64,000 bases of DNA from positions 89,851-153,850 of the forward strand of contig CAXBOS010000007.1 in assembly GCA_963977415.1 (NCBI GenBank), in the 5' to 3' direction. The notes under the pieces are model-generated. The model saw nothing but the letters and a program-made list of their open reading frames with translations, searched no databases and had not been told where the DNA came from. The DNA comes from an uncultured Schleiferiaceae bacterium (lineage in GTDB: Bacteria > Bacteroidota > Bacteroidia > Flavobacteriales > Schleiferiaceae). Made by a program: the position numbers and the translations under genes. Shown piece by piece: positions 38,164 through 46,990 of this stretch (positions are counted from its first letter, which is position 1; every line of letters starts with the position of its first letter).

Positions 38164-39393
38164 ATGTCCTTTTCAATTCGCTTCGAACTCAACAACAAAG
38201 AAACATCGGACTCCCGCTATCTTATCATGTTACGCTTAACAAAAGACCGTAAGATCAGCAGAATAAAGACCGACCACTTAGTTAAAAAAAACTCTTACAA
38301 CCCTAAAGCTCAATTTGGCAAATGGATAAGAACCAATGAGCCCAGACACGCAATAATAAACGCTGGGTTGAAATCTACACATGATGAACTATTCGACTTC
38401 ATAAGTAAGGAGCTTGAAAAAGGCGACCAAAGCCCTAAAGCGTTAATTGAAAAATTTAAAGGAAGGAATCAACAGCATAAAGAATCTTGGATTCCTTATG
38501 CTAAAAAGCAAATTGACTATTACCGTTCTGTTGGAAAAGACCGTTACGCCATCAAAATGCGCGTAATGACCAAGAAACTTGAAAACTACCTTAACGATAA
38601 AGACTTAGCAATTAGCGATTCAGACCTAGAAATGATTCAAGGCTTTGATGGTTATTTGCGCGAAATAGGAAACGCTCCTAATACGGTAGACGTAAATCTG
38701 AAAATTTTAAAGTTGATCTACCGAAAAGCCATTGATGAAGGAATTGTAGAAAGTCCAAACCTCCATTTTCTAAAATATTCCGTAAAAACCACTTCGGTTG
38801 AACGAGACAAATTAAATCTGACCGAACTAGAAGCCATAGAAAACCTAAACCTTCAAGAAGGAGATTTGATATGGCACGTAAGAAACTATTTCCTTTTCGC
38901 GCTATATATGGGAGGAATCAGATTTGGTGATTTTGTAGAGCTATGCTGGAGTAATATTAAAGATAATGAAGGTCGACTTGATTACCTGATGAACAAAACT
39001 GGTAAGCACCAACAAATGAAGATTCCCGCTAAAGCAAAAACCATTCTGGAAGCTTACAAACCTTTAAACAAAAGCCCAAACAGCTTTATCTTTCCACTAT
39101 TACCTAAAAACTACTTAGAGCAACCAAAAGACAGGAGAATCAAAATATCCAACTCTAAAAACGTGCAAGTAAACAAGTACTTAAAGCAAGTAGCAGAAAA
39201 GGCAGGTATCGAAAAAAATATAAGCTTTCACATAGCTCGACATAGCTTTGCTTACATTGCCTACAGTAAAACCAAAGACCCACTAGCAGTGCAGCATGCC
39301 TTACAGCACTCAAAGCTTAAAGAAACGCAAGAATACATCACCTCCTTGGCAAATGATAGCGAGCGTGATATATTAGGGGAAATTTTCAACTGA
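38164..39393 (+). CDS. int: Tyrosine site-specific recombinase (Bacteroidota phage-integrase family with arm-binding N-domain)
   Basis: The ATG at 38164 gives MSFSIRFELNNKE...YLIMLRLT, an Arm-DNA-binding type N-terminus. The catalytic residues are GGIRFGD (R), HIARHSFAY (HxxR), H in LQHS and Y in TQEYI. Confidence 0.9.
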   Translation: MSFSIRFELNNKETSDSRYLIMLRLTKDRKISRIKTDHLVKKNSYNPKAQFGKWIRTNEPRHAIINAGLKSTHDELFDFISKELEKGDQSPKALIEKFKGRNQQHKESWIPYAKKQIDYYRSVGKDRYAIKMRVMTKKLENYLNDKDLAISDSDLEMIQGFDGYLREIGNAPNTVDVNLKILKLIYRKAIDEGIVESPNLHFLKYSVKTTSVERDKLNLTELEAIENLNLQEGDLIWHVRNYFLFALYMGGIRFGDFVELCWSNIKDNEGRLDYLMNKTGKHQQMKIPAKAKTILEAYKPLNKSPNSFIFPLLPKNYLEQPKDRRIKISNSKNVQVNKYLKQVAEKAGIEKNISFHIARHSFAYIAYSKTKDPLAVQHALQHSKLKETQEYITSLANDSERDILGEIFN

Positions 39394-39476
39394 GCTCTTA
39401 AAACAGATTGATTAGTTACCAAAATTGGAAACATTTGCGAAAGGCTCAAAAAAAGTGACCAAAAAGAATATCGGCT

Positions 39477-40463
39477 ATGCTATCATTTATTGAAAAATTA
39501 AGCAACGTAGAAATAACAGTATATCGATTTTCCAAAATAGGAATTTTTGACATAGTTGATCACCTTCCAAATCAATCACACGAATTTATTGACATAACTT
39601 ACCAGGTGGGAGATTTTTTCCACATCAACTCTATGGCAGTAAAGCTTAACTCGGGACACCTAGAGTCACTGATCTTTCATTCTTTAAGAAAAGAGTTTGC
39701 TCAATGTTCATCCTTGGTAGAGTTCTATCAATTAACAGATTCTCTTATTAGCCGTGACGCGAAAGTGGTGTTCAAACCAAGTCAGTTTAAACTCTACGAA
39801 GAAAATATGAATTGGCACGCATTAATGCCAGGCGCCTTTGCTGACTCTGAGAGAGAGTATCGAGATGTAAAGCAAATAGATTTTGAAACCGCCAAAAAGT
39901 TGTTTGCTGAGAAATCTTCATGGTCTATTGACAATTTGAACAAAAAGGTAAACGAATATTTAAGAGAGCAAGTAGAAGAGTTTATTTCATCTGATGTTTA
40001 TGTGATTTTAGAGCAAAAATTTCTGGAGCAAAAATTTAGGACTGGAAGTGATAGCGAAAAAACACCCTCGACAAATAAGCCAGAACTAGAAGAGCATGAT
40101 GCAAGCTTATTTCTTGAACTAAATCAAATGTCACTCTCTCAAAGAAATAGCACCATAAATGATTTATTCGATTTTTTAAAAGAGACTGGATACTTACTTG
40201 AGGAAGTAACAAAGTTTCAATTCAATAGCTTATTTAACCCCGACGCTACAAATCCAGCAAACCTTAACTGGCAGGGAAGTATCAAAACATTAGGGTTATT
40301 TGCGAAGTACCTTCCCATTACTAATGAAAACCCTCTAGTTGCTGTTGCTTCTAGATTTTACCAAAAAGGTAATAAAATTAATAATAGACAACTTCTGAAC
40401 AATGGTCGAAATGCCGTTACCGAGGGTGAGAAACGTCTTGTTACATTTTTACAGAATCTTTAA
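39477..40463 (+). CDS. Hypothetical protein (island-borne, no recognisable motif)
   Basis: This is a 328-aa ORF with a central acidic/coiled segment. It lies between int and the HTH gene. Confidence 0.45.
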   Translation: MLSFIEKLSNVEITVYRFSKIGIFDIVDHLPNQSHEFIDITYQVGDFFHINSMAVKLNSGHLESLIFHSLRKEFAQCSSLVEFYQLTDSLISRDAKVVFKPSQFKLYEENMNWHALMPGAFADSEREYRDVKQIDFETAKKLFAEKSSWSIDNLNKKVNEYLREQVEEFISSDVYVILEQKFLEQKFRTGSDSEKTPSTNKPELEEHDASLFLELNQMSLSQRNSTINDLFDFLKETGYLLEEVTKFQFNSLFNPDATNPANLNWQGSIKTLGLFAKYLPITNENPLVAVASRFYQKGNKINNRQLLNNGRNAVTEGEKRLVTFLQNL

Positions 40464-40670
40464 GTACACTAATGATTCTTCCTTTCTCATGTAGTTTTTA
40501 TTAGAATCAATCTTTTTCTAAAGCACTACAGGCTCAAAGTATACATATCACTCTACACATGTAGGCACTTCTTTTAATAGCTTCAACCTTTCCTTCACAC
40601 TTTTGACCTGTCAATCCATCGATTGATAAAGATTGGGCCCGATCTTTTAACTATTTAAAACCTCTAAAAA

Positions 40671-40886
40671 ATGACAGGTTTAAATTTAAAAGAAGATCAA
40701 CTTCTTACCGCAGCCGATGTGGCTAGAATTTTAGGAGTGACCAAAAGAACGGTCATGACCTACAAAGCAAATGGAACGCTCCCCTATTATCAGCGAGGGC
40801 GAGTATTAAGATTTCGACCTGCAGATGTTGAAAAGCACATCGAGGAAAATATGGTTCAACCTCAAAATTATGCCTTATGCGGTTAG
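40671..40886 (+). CDS. Excisionase-family / MerR-like helix-turn-helix DNA-binding protein
   Basis: The sequence LLTAADVARILGVTKRTVMTYKANGTLPYYQRGRVLRFRPADVEKHI shows the HTH_17 pattern. Confidence 0.75.
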   Translation: MTGLNLKEDQLLTAADVARILGVTKRTVMTYKANGTLPYYQRGRVLRFRPADVEKHIEENMVQPQNYALCG

Positions 40887-42142
40887 AACTAGTGAAAATC
40901 ATGGACTCCGACCTTGATGCTCTAATGGAGTTTATTGCAGCAAAAAAAAGTGGCGCATCTTTTGGCGAAGCCGTATATGAAAAGTTGCCCCCAATTTTAA
41001 GTAAGCACCTTGCCTATTTTGAGTCTGATCATGAAAAGGACTTTTATTTACTAGGGCTTATTCCAGCAATAGGGAGCATTATTCACAATACTCACTTTAC
41101 CTATAGAGGCGGAAAGAGACAACATGCCAACCTAAATGTTATTATAGGCGCACCAGCCGCCAGTAATAAATCAATAATCATGCTAGTGAATCATCTATTC
41201 GATACAATTGAGGAAGGTGATGACAGCTTTAGAATCCCTGGAGACATAAGCAGTGCAGGATTAAATAAGATTCTGCATAGCCAAGATGGTAAAGGCTGCT
41301 TAATTGAATCTGAAATAGACACGCTTGCAGGCTCTATTGAGAATCAACAATTTGGAGATTTTTCAGACGTGCTTCGTAAAGGCTACGAAAACGAAACGAT
41401 CTCGAAATTTCGCGCAACCGAAGAGACGCCTTTGATTGTTGAAAACCCTCGTTTTAGCATGGTGCTATCTGGAACACCCGAACAAGTAAAACGACTAATA
41501 CCTAATTACGAAAATGGGCTTTTCAGTAGGTTTTTCTTTTATAACCTAGAAGGAGTAAATACATGGCAAGATTGGAATCCTGAGGAAAAGCAAGTTGATA
41601 ATATGGATGAGCTAAAAAGTGATTTAGCCTTTTTGGGTAACGCTTTATACAAATTACAAGGTAAGCCCAGCTATATGATTCACAGCCTCAAAGCAGCTAA
41701 ACTAGTTAACCATGTTGCGCGTGAGTGGGCAAAAATTTATTCACACGATATCGGATTAAGGCCTTCGCTTTTTAGAGGCGTAACAATGGCTTTAAAAATC
41801 GCCACCAGTTTAAGCTTCCTAAGAAGACTTACGCCAGTAGGGTTTTCAGAGGACAACACTATCCACACAGACGATTTAGTAGCTGCTCTAATGATGGTAA
41901 GCGTGAGTCTAGCAAATGCTTCTCAACAAATAAATATTGCTAGAAGCAATTCGATACCCTATAAGCTCCGTATGTTTTACGACTTACTTCCTAAAAAACG
42001 TGAATTTGCATCAAGTGAGGCAATATCCTTGAGTCAGGAGCACATGGATTTACAGCGCAGGATGACATATATCCACCTGAACGATTTAGTAGGTCTCGGT
42101 ATGGTTAAAACACCTAAGAAAGGCGTTTGGTACTGTACCTAA
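40877..42142 (+). CDS. DUF3987-like (YfjI / primase-helicase-associated) protein
   Basis: It has the motifs LPPIL, ANLNVIIGAPAASNKS (degenerate P-loop), IESEIDTL and PRFSMVLSGTPEQ...GLFSRFFFY. An alternative start is at 40901. Confidence 0.6.
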   Translation: MRLELVKIMDSDLDALMEFIAAKKSGASFGEAVYEKLPPILSKHLAYFESDHEKDFYLLGLIPAIGSIIHNTHFTYRGGKRQHANLNVIIGAPAASNKSIIMLVNHLFDTIEEGDDSFRIPGDISSAGLNKILHSQDGKGCLIESEIDTLAGSIENQQFGDFSDVLRKGYENETISKFRATEETPLIVENPRFSMVLSGTPEQVKRLIPNYENGLFSRFFFYNLEGVNTWQDWNPEEKQVDNMDELKSDLAFLGNALYKLQGKPSYMIHSLKAAKLVNHVAREWAKIYSHDIGLRPSLFRGVTMALKIATSLSFLRRLTPVGFSEDNTIHTDDLVAALMMVSVSLANASQQINIARSNSIPYKLRMFYDLLPKKREFASSEAISLSQEHMDLQRRMTYIHLNDLVGLGMVKTPKKGVWYCT

Positions 42143-42182
42143 ATACTAGTGCATAATTTGCACGTAGTGCACAACAATAAGA

Positions 42183-42210
42183 AGCCTCAGGTAACACTGG
42201 GGCTTTTTTA
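42183..42210 (+). terminator. Rho-independent terminator
   Basis: agcctcag (42183-42190) pairs with ctggggct (42197-42204), with one G-U pair, followed by T6. Confidence 0.6.
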
Positions 42211-42447
42211 TTACTTCGAGTTATAGCACTAAAGCTAATTTACCAAGTATTAACTAACTTTACGCTTCTACAAACTTTAATGCTCGCGCAACCTAACTTT
42301 TACAAAATTTATGGCAATAGAAGCTCTTGTGCTTTTTGCGAAAAAAACGCCTCCAAACAATTGGAAGTTACTAGGGCATTCATTGCTTTATTGCTAACGT
42401 TGACGAGAATACTAAGGATTAATTAGCTTAAAAATAATATAAACTGA

Positions 42448-43899
42448 ATGTTTGAACAGACCTTTAAAAATATAGACGACATACTCCATAAAGACGCAGG
42501 CTGTGGTAGTGAATTAGATTACGTCGAACAGACCTCTTGGGTGCTCTTCTTAAAATATTTGGACGACTTAGACCGTGACCGAGCTACTTCCGCTGAACTC
42601 TCAGGAAAGTCATACTCACCCATTATTGACCAAGAATACCAATGGAGTATTTGGGCAGCTCCAAAATTAGCGGATGGAAAAATTGACCACAATGCGCTGA
42701 CAGGTGATGACCTTTTGGACTTTGTAAACGGAAAATTATTTCCTTACCTCAAGAAATTTAAACTGTCAGCTGAAAATGCAGATACCATTGAATACAAGAT
42801 TGGCGAGATTTTTAGCGAATTGAAGAACCGTATCCAAAGTGGCTACAATTTGCGAGAAGTGATTAACCGCATTGCCGAGTTGCGTTTCCGTACTCATGCG
42901 GAAAAGCACGAAATGAGCCATCTGTATGAAGACAAAATAAAAAACATGGGTAATGCAGGGCGAAACGGTGGTGAATACTATACGCCAAGACCGCTTATCA
43001 CTACAATAGTAAAAGTGGTTAACCCAACAATTGGCGATAAAATTTATGATGGTGCTGTGGGTTCTGCTGGCTTCTTGTGTGAAGCGTTTGACTATCTGAA
43101 ATCAGGCAAGGAACTAAGCACCAAGGAATGGGAAACTTTGCAAAAAAGAACATTCTACGGCAAGGAGAAAAAATCATTAGCCTACATCATTGGCATTATG
43201 AATATGATTTTGCACGGTGTGGAAGCGCCCAATATCATACACACCAACACGCTTGCCGAAAACTTGGCCGACATACAAGAAAAAGACCGCTACAATGTGG
43301 TACTTGCCAATCCGCCTTTTGGTGGAAAGGAACGTGCCGAAGTGCAACAAAACTTCCCCATAAAAACAGGCGAAACGGCTTCCCTCTTTTTGCAGCACTT
43401 CATTAAAATTTTGAAAGCAGGCGGCAAAGCAGGCGTGGTGATTAAAAACACCTTTTTAAGCAATACCGATAATGCCAGTGTTGCCTTGCGAAAAGAGCTA
43501 TTACAAAACTGCAACCTGCACACTGTTCTAGATTTACCAGGGGGCACCTTTACAGGTGCAGGTGTAAAAACCGTGGTGCTGTTTTTTGAAAAAGGCAAAG
43601 CCACCCAAAAGGTTTGGTTTTACTCGCTTAACCCAGGTCGCAATTTGGGCAAGACCAATCCGCTCAACGAAAAGGATTTGGAAGAGTTTGTTGAATTACA
43701 ACAGACTTTTGGGGATAGCGAAAATTCTTGGTCGGTAAACATCAAAGACATCGACCAGAGCACTTTTGACCTGAGCGTAAAAAACCCCAATACACCAGAA
43801 GCCGACCCACTGCGTCAACCCCAAGAAATTTTATCAGCAATAAAAGCCTTGGATGATGAAAGTGCGGAAATCCTAAACTCAATTTCGGAATTGATATGA
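42448..43899 (+). CDS. hsdM: Type I restriction-modification system, methyltransferase subunit
   Basis: It has the HsdM N-domain (ELDYVEQTSWVLFLKYLDD), the AdoMet motif DGAVGSAGFL and the catalytic NPPFG. Confidence 0.9.
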   Translation: MFEQTFKNIDDILHKDAGCGSELDYVEQTSWVLFLKYLDDLDRDRATSAELSGKSYSPIIDQEYQWSIWAAPKLADGKIDHNALTGDDLLDFVNGKLFPYLKKFKLSAENADTIEYKIGEIFSELKNRIQSGYNLREVINRIAELRFRTHAEKHEMSHLYEDKIKNMGNAGRNGGEYYTPRPLITTIVKVVNPTIGDKIYDGAVGSAGFLCEAFDYLKSGKELSTKEWETLQKRTFYGKEKKSLAYIIGIMNMILHGVEAPNIIHTNTLAENLADIQEKDRYNVVLANPPFGGKERAEVQQNFPIKTGETASLFLQHFIKILKAGGKAGVVIKNTFLSNTDNASVALRKELLQNCNLHTVLDLPGGTFTGAGVKTVVLFFEKGKATQKVWFYSLNPGRNLGKTNPLNEKDLEEFVELQQTFGDSENSWSVNIKDIDQSTFDLSVKNPNTPEADPLRQPQEILSAIKALDDESAEILNSISELI

Positions 43900-45158
43900 A
43901 CGAGAATTGGGAAAATTTAAAGTTGAAAAATATCTTTTCCAAGATTAATGGTCTTTGGACAGGAAAGAAAGAACCTTTTGTAGAAGTCAAAGTCTATACA
44001 ATGACAAACTTCACAAAGGATTCATTTTTAAATAAAGCAAAGGAGCCCAGAGAAGTAGTTGCCAGCCTTTCTCAGTTTGAGAAAAGAAAGCTACAAAAAG
44101 GAGATATTCTAGTCGAAAAATCAGGTGGTGGACCTAATCAGCCAGTTGGTCGAGCGGTATTGTTTGATATTGATAATGATGAAAACAATACGTTTAGCAA
44201 TTTTACAACAAGGCTAAGAATTAACGAGAATTTCACTGACAAAGTCTACCCGAATTTTATACATCACTTCCTTCGTTTAAAATACATAGATGGTGAAACC
44301 GAGAAGTTTCAGAAGAATTCAACAAACATCAGGAACTTACAACTTGATGAATATCTAGAACAGTCGTTTTCTTTCCCACCACTCCACCAACAACAACGCA
44401 TTGTTTCCATTTTAGACCGTGCCTTTGCCGCCATAGATAAGGCCAAAGCGAATGCGGAACAAAACCTCCAAAACGCCAAAGAGCTTTTTGAAAGCTACTT
44501 GCAGGGGGTGTTTGAGAAAAAGGGTGATGGTTGGCAAACAAGAACATTATCCGACTTAGTGGATGAAGAGTGCAAGCTTTCTTATGGTATAGTGCAACCA
44601 GGACAGGACTATCATGATGGTTTACCGGTTGTTAGGCCTACTGATTTATCGACCAGATATATTAAAAGGCAAGGATTAAAGTTAATCGACCCAAAATTGG
44701 CTGAAGGTTATAAAAGAACCAAATTGATTGGAGATGAATTATTGCTTTGTGTTCGAGGCAGTACGGGAGTACTTTCAATTGCAACGGAAGAATTAAAAGG
44801 TGCAAATGTTACAAGGGGTATTGTCCCTATTCGATTTAATTTAGAGCTGATTGACCAAGAATTCGGTTACTATTTACTGATTTCAAATTTTGTTCAAAAT
44901 CAAATTAGAGCGAAGACTTATGGTGCTGCTTTAATGCAAATTAATATTGGTGATTTAAGAAAAATTGAAACACCGTATCCAAAATCACTAAATGAGCAAC
45001 AAACCATCGTTCGAAAATTGGATTCCCTACGAACAGAAACGCAAAAGTTGGAAGTGATGTATCAAAAGAAAATGGATGATTTAGAAGAACTGAAAAAATC
45101 TATTTTGCAAAAGGCATTTGCAGGTGAGTTGGAAACTGAAAAAGCGTTTGCAGTATGA
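43896..45158 (+). CDS. hsdS: Type I restriction-modification system, specificity subunit
   Basis: It has two target-recognition domains separated by conserved helices (LHQQQRIVSILDRAFAAIDKAKANAEQNLQNAKELFES and NEQQTIVRKLDSL...LKKSILQKAFAGEL). It has an ATGA overlap with hsdM. Confidence 0.85.
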   Translation: MNENWENLKLKNIFSKINGLWTGKKEPFVEVKVYTMTNFTKDSFLNKAKEPREVVASLSQFEKRKLQKGDILVEKSGGGPNQPVGRAVLFDIDNDENNTFSNFTTRLRINENFTDKVYPNFIHHFLRLKYIDGETEKFQKNSTNIRNLQLDEYLEQSFSFPPLHQQQRIVSILDRAFAAIDKAKANAEQNLQNAKELFESYLQGVFEKKGDGWQTRTLSDLVDEECKLSYGIVQPGQDYHDGLPVVRPTDLSTRYIKRQGLKLIDPKLAEGYKRTKLIGDELLLCVRGSTGVLSIATEELKGANVTRGIVPIRFNLELIDQEFGYYLLISNFVQNQIRAKTYGAALMQINIGDLRKIETPYPKSLNEQQTIVRKLDSLRTETQKLEVMYQKKMDDLEELKKSILQKAFAGELETEKAFAV

Positions 45159-46990
45159 AAGTAAAATTAAGCCAAGCAGTCAAAATGTTTTTTGGAAACT
45201 CATCACTAGAGATGGTTTTCTTTGAAGCTATTGCTAACGCTCTAGATGCAAATGCAACGGAAATCCAAATTAAGATTTCGGTAAAAGCACTGAATCAACC
45301 TGAGACACTTCAATTTGAAATTTCAGATAATGGAGAAGGTTTTACAGATGAACGATATAGTAAGTTTTCTAAACTATTTGATGTAGACGAAAGCACCCAT
45401 AAAGGTTTGGGGAGATTGGTATATCTCTGCTACTTTGAAGATGTCCAGGTCAGCAGTTATTTTGATAAAACTAAAAGAAGAACATTTGATTTTTCAGAAG
45501 GGTTTGAGGCGGAAAAGTTCAAAGTTGAAAAAGTCAATGAACAGGCATCTGGCACTAGCTTTAAAATGACCAACTATGTTTTGCAAAAAGTTGCAAAATC
45601 AGATTATATCCAGCCTAAAAAAATCAAACAACGTGTATTAGAAGAGTTTTACGCAAGACTATTTCAACTGAAAAAGCAAAAGAAAAGTATCAAAATAAGC
45701 ATTAGCTCTGCAGTTGATGGTAATAGCTCGAATATCAATATTGAAAATAGCGATATACCTGAGTTTACCGCCCTCGAGTTGCAAAGTTCAATGAACCTAA
45801 TTGATAAATTTCTTTTGTATTACTCTATTACAGAAGTTGATCCTGAAGATTCATCATTAATCGCAGCTATATCTGTTGATAATAGAACTGTAAAGGTAGA
45901 TTTGATTTCAAACGAGAATCTTCCGCTTGGATATGAAATGGTTTTCTTGCTTTATTCTGACTATTTCACGGGTAAAATTGACGCGGCAAGACAAAACTTA
46001 ACCATCTCATCACATGAGCTTAAGGAAATCCAAAAGATTTTTCGACAAGAAGTAGTATCGCTGATTGAAAGTAAAATCCCCAAAATAAAAAAGCGGAATA
46101 ACGACGTAAAAAAGAACCTAGTAAATCGCTTTCCTCACCTCAGTGGCTATTTTGACACTCAAAATATTGGGTACGTTTCTCGTTCAGAAATTTTAAAAAA
46201 GGCACAAGAGGATTTTTTTAAGGAGCAAAAAGAGGTCTTGGATGCAACAAGTCTGAGTGATGAACAATTTGAGAAATCGCTAGAATTATCTTCAAGAGCA
46301 TTAACTGAATACATTCTATTTAGGCAACTAACCATAGAAAAACTAAAAAAATCTACAAACTCAAATAGCGAAGCAGAACTACATAAGCTTTTTGCCTCTA
46401 TGCGAAAAGATGGAAGATTTGAAAAGCAGGATTCAGTTGATGATTTATATAGAAACAATGCGTGGTTGTTAGATGATAAATACATGACATATGAGACTAT
46501 CCTAAGCGACAGAGAAATGGGTGAACTATTGCAAGTTATAACGGATGAGGAAGAAGTTTCTGACGAGAATCGACCCGACATTGCTTTGATATTTTCAAAT
46601 AATCCTGATAACAAGAAACCTTTTGACGTTGTAATAGTGGAACTTAAGAAAAGAGGCATTTCGCTAGAAGAAAACATGAAGGTCATAACTCAATTAGAAA
46701 AAAGAGCTAGGCGGTTAATGCAGCATTATAACAATCAGATTCAGAGGATTTGGTTTTATGGAATTATTGAATTTAGCGAAGATGTAGAAATGCAATTAGC
46801 GGGCGAATACACAGAGCTTTATTCTTCAGGTAAAATGTATTATCGAGAAACTAATGTTGCTATTTCATTGAATCCAAAAATCACCCTTCCTATAGGTGTA
46901 TTTATTTGGGATTTAGATGCTGTAGTAAATGATGCTGATTCCAGAAACTCGGCATTTTTGAATTTGATCAAAAATAAATTCAAACAGTAA
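45155..46990 (+). CDS. Uncharacterised GHKL (Bergerat-fold) ATPase fused to a PD-(D/E)xK nuclease-like domain, embedded in the type I R-M operon
   Basis: The N-terminal GHKL motifs are EAIANALDANA (E-x3-N-x2-D), SDNGEGF and KGLGRLVYL. The C-terminal nuclease-like motifs are EAELHKLF, NAWLLDD, RPDIALIF, VVIVELKKRG and QLEKR. It has an ATGA overlap with hsdS and a TAATG overlap with hsdR. Confidence 0.6.
   Translation: MKVKLSQAVKMFFGNSSLEMVFFEAIANALDANATEIQIKISVKALNQPETLQFEISDNGEGFTDERYSKFSKLFDVDESTHKGLGRLVYLCYFEDVQVSSYFDKTKRRTFDFSEGFEAEKFKVEKVNEQASGTSFKMTNYVLQKVAKSDYIQPKKIKQRVLEEFYARLFQLKKQKKSIKISISSAVDGNSSNINIENSDIPEFTALELQSSMNLIDKFLLYYSITEVDPEDSSLIAAISVDNRTVKVDLISNENLPLGYEMVFLLYSDYFTGKIDAARQNLTISSHELKEIQKIFRQEVVSLIESKIPKIKKRNNDVKKNLVNRFPHLSGYFDTQNIGYVSRSEILKKAQEDFFKEQKEVLDATSLSDEQFEKSLELSSRALTEYILFRQLTIEKLKKSTNSNSEAELHKLFASMRKDGRFEKQDSVDDLYRNNAWLLDDKYMTYETILSDREMGELLQVITDEEEVSDENRPDIALIFSNNPDNKKPFDVVIVELKKRGISLEENMKVITQLEKRARRLMQHYNNQIQRIWFYGIIEFSEDVEMQLAGEYTELYSSGKMYYRETNVAISLNPKITLPIGVFIWDLDAVVNDADSRNSAFLNLIKNKFKQ

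Noticed and set aside
43128-43604. Alternative-frame and antisense ORFs (92, 73 and 104 aa) inside hsdM
   Set aside because: They lie entirely within a motif-rich methyltransferase frame. Their composition is typical of out-of-frame translation.
46159-46686. 175-aa minus-strand ORF opposite the GHKL-nuclease gene
   Set aside because: It is a serine- and phenylalanine-rich shadow ORF antisense to a K/E-rich coding region. It has no start context or motifs, and the sense frame carries the nuclease motifs.
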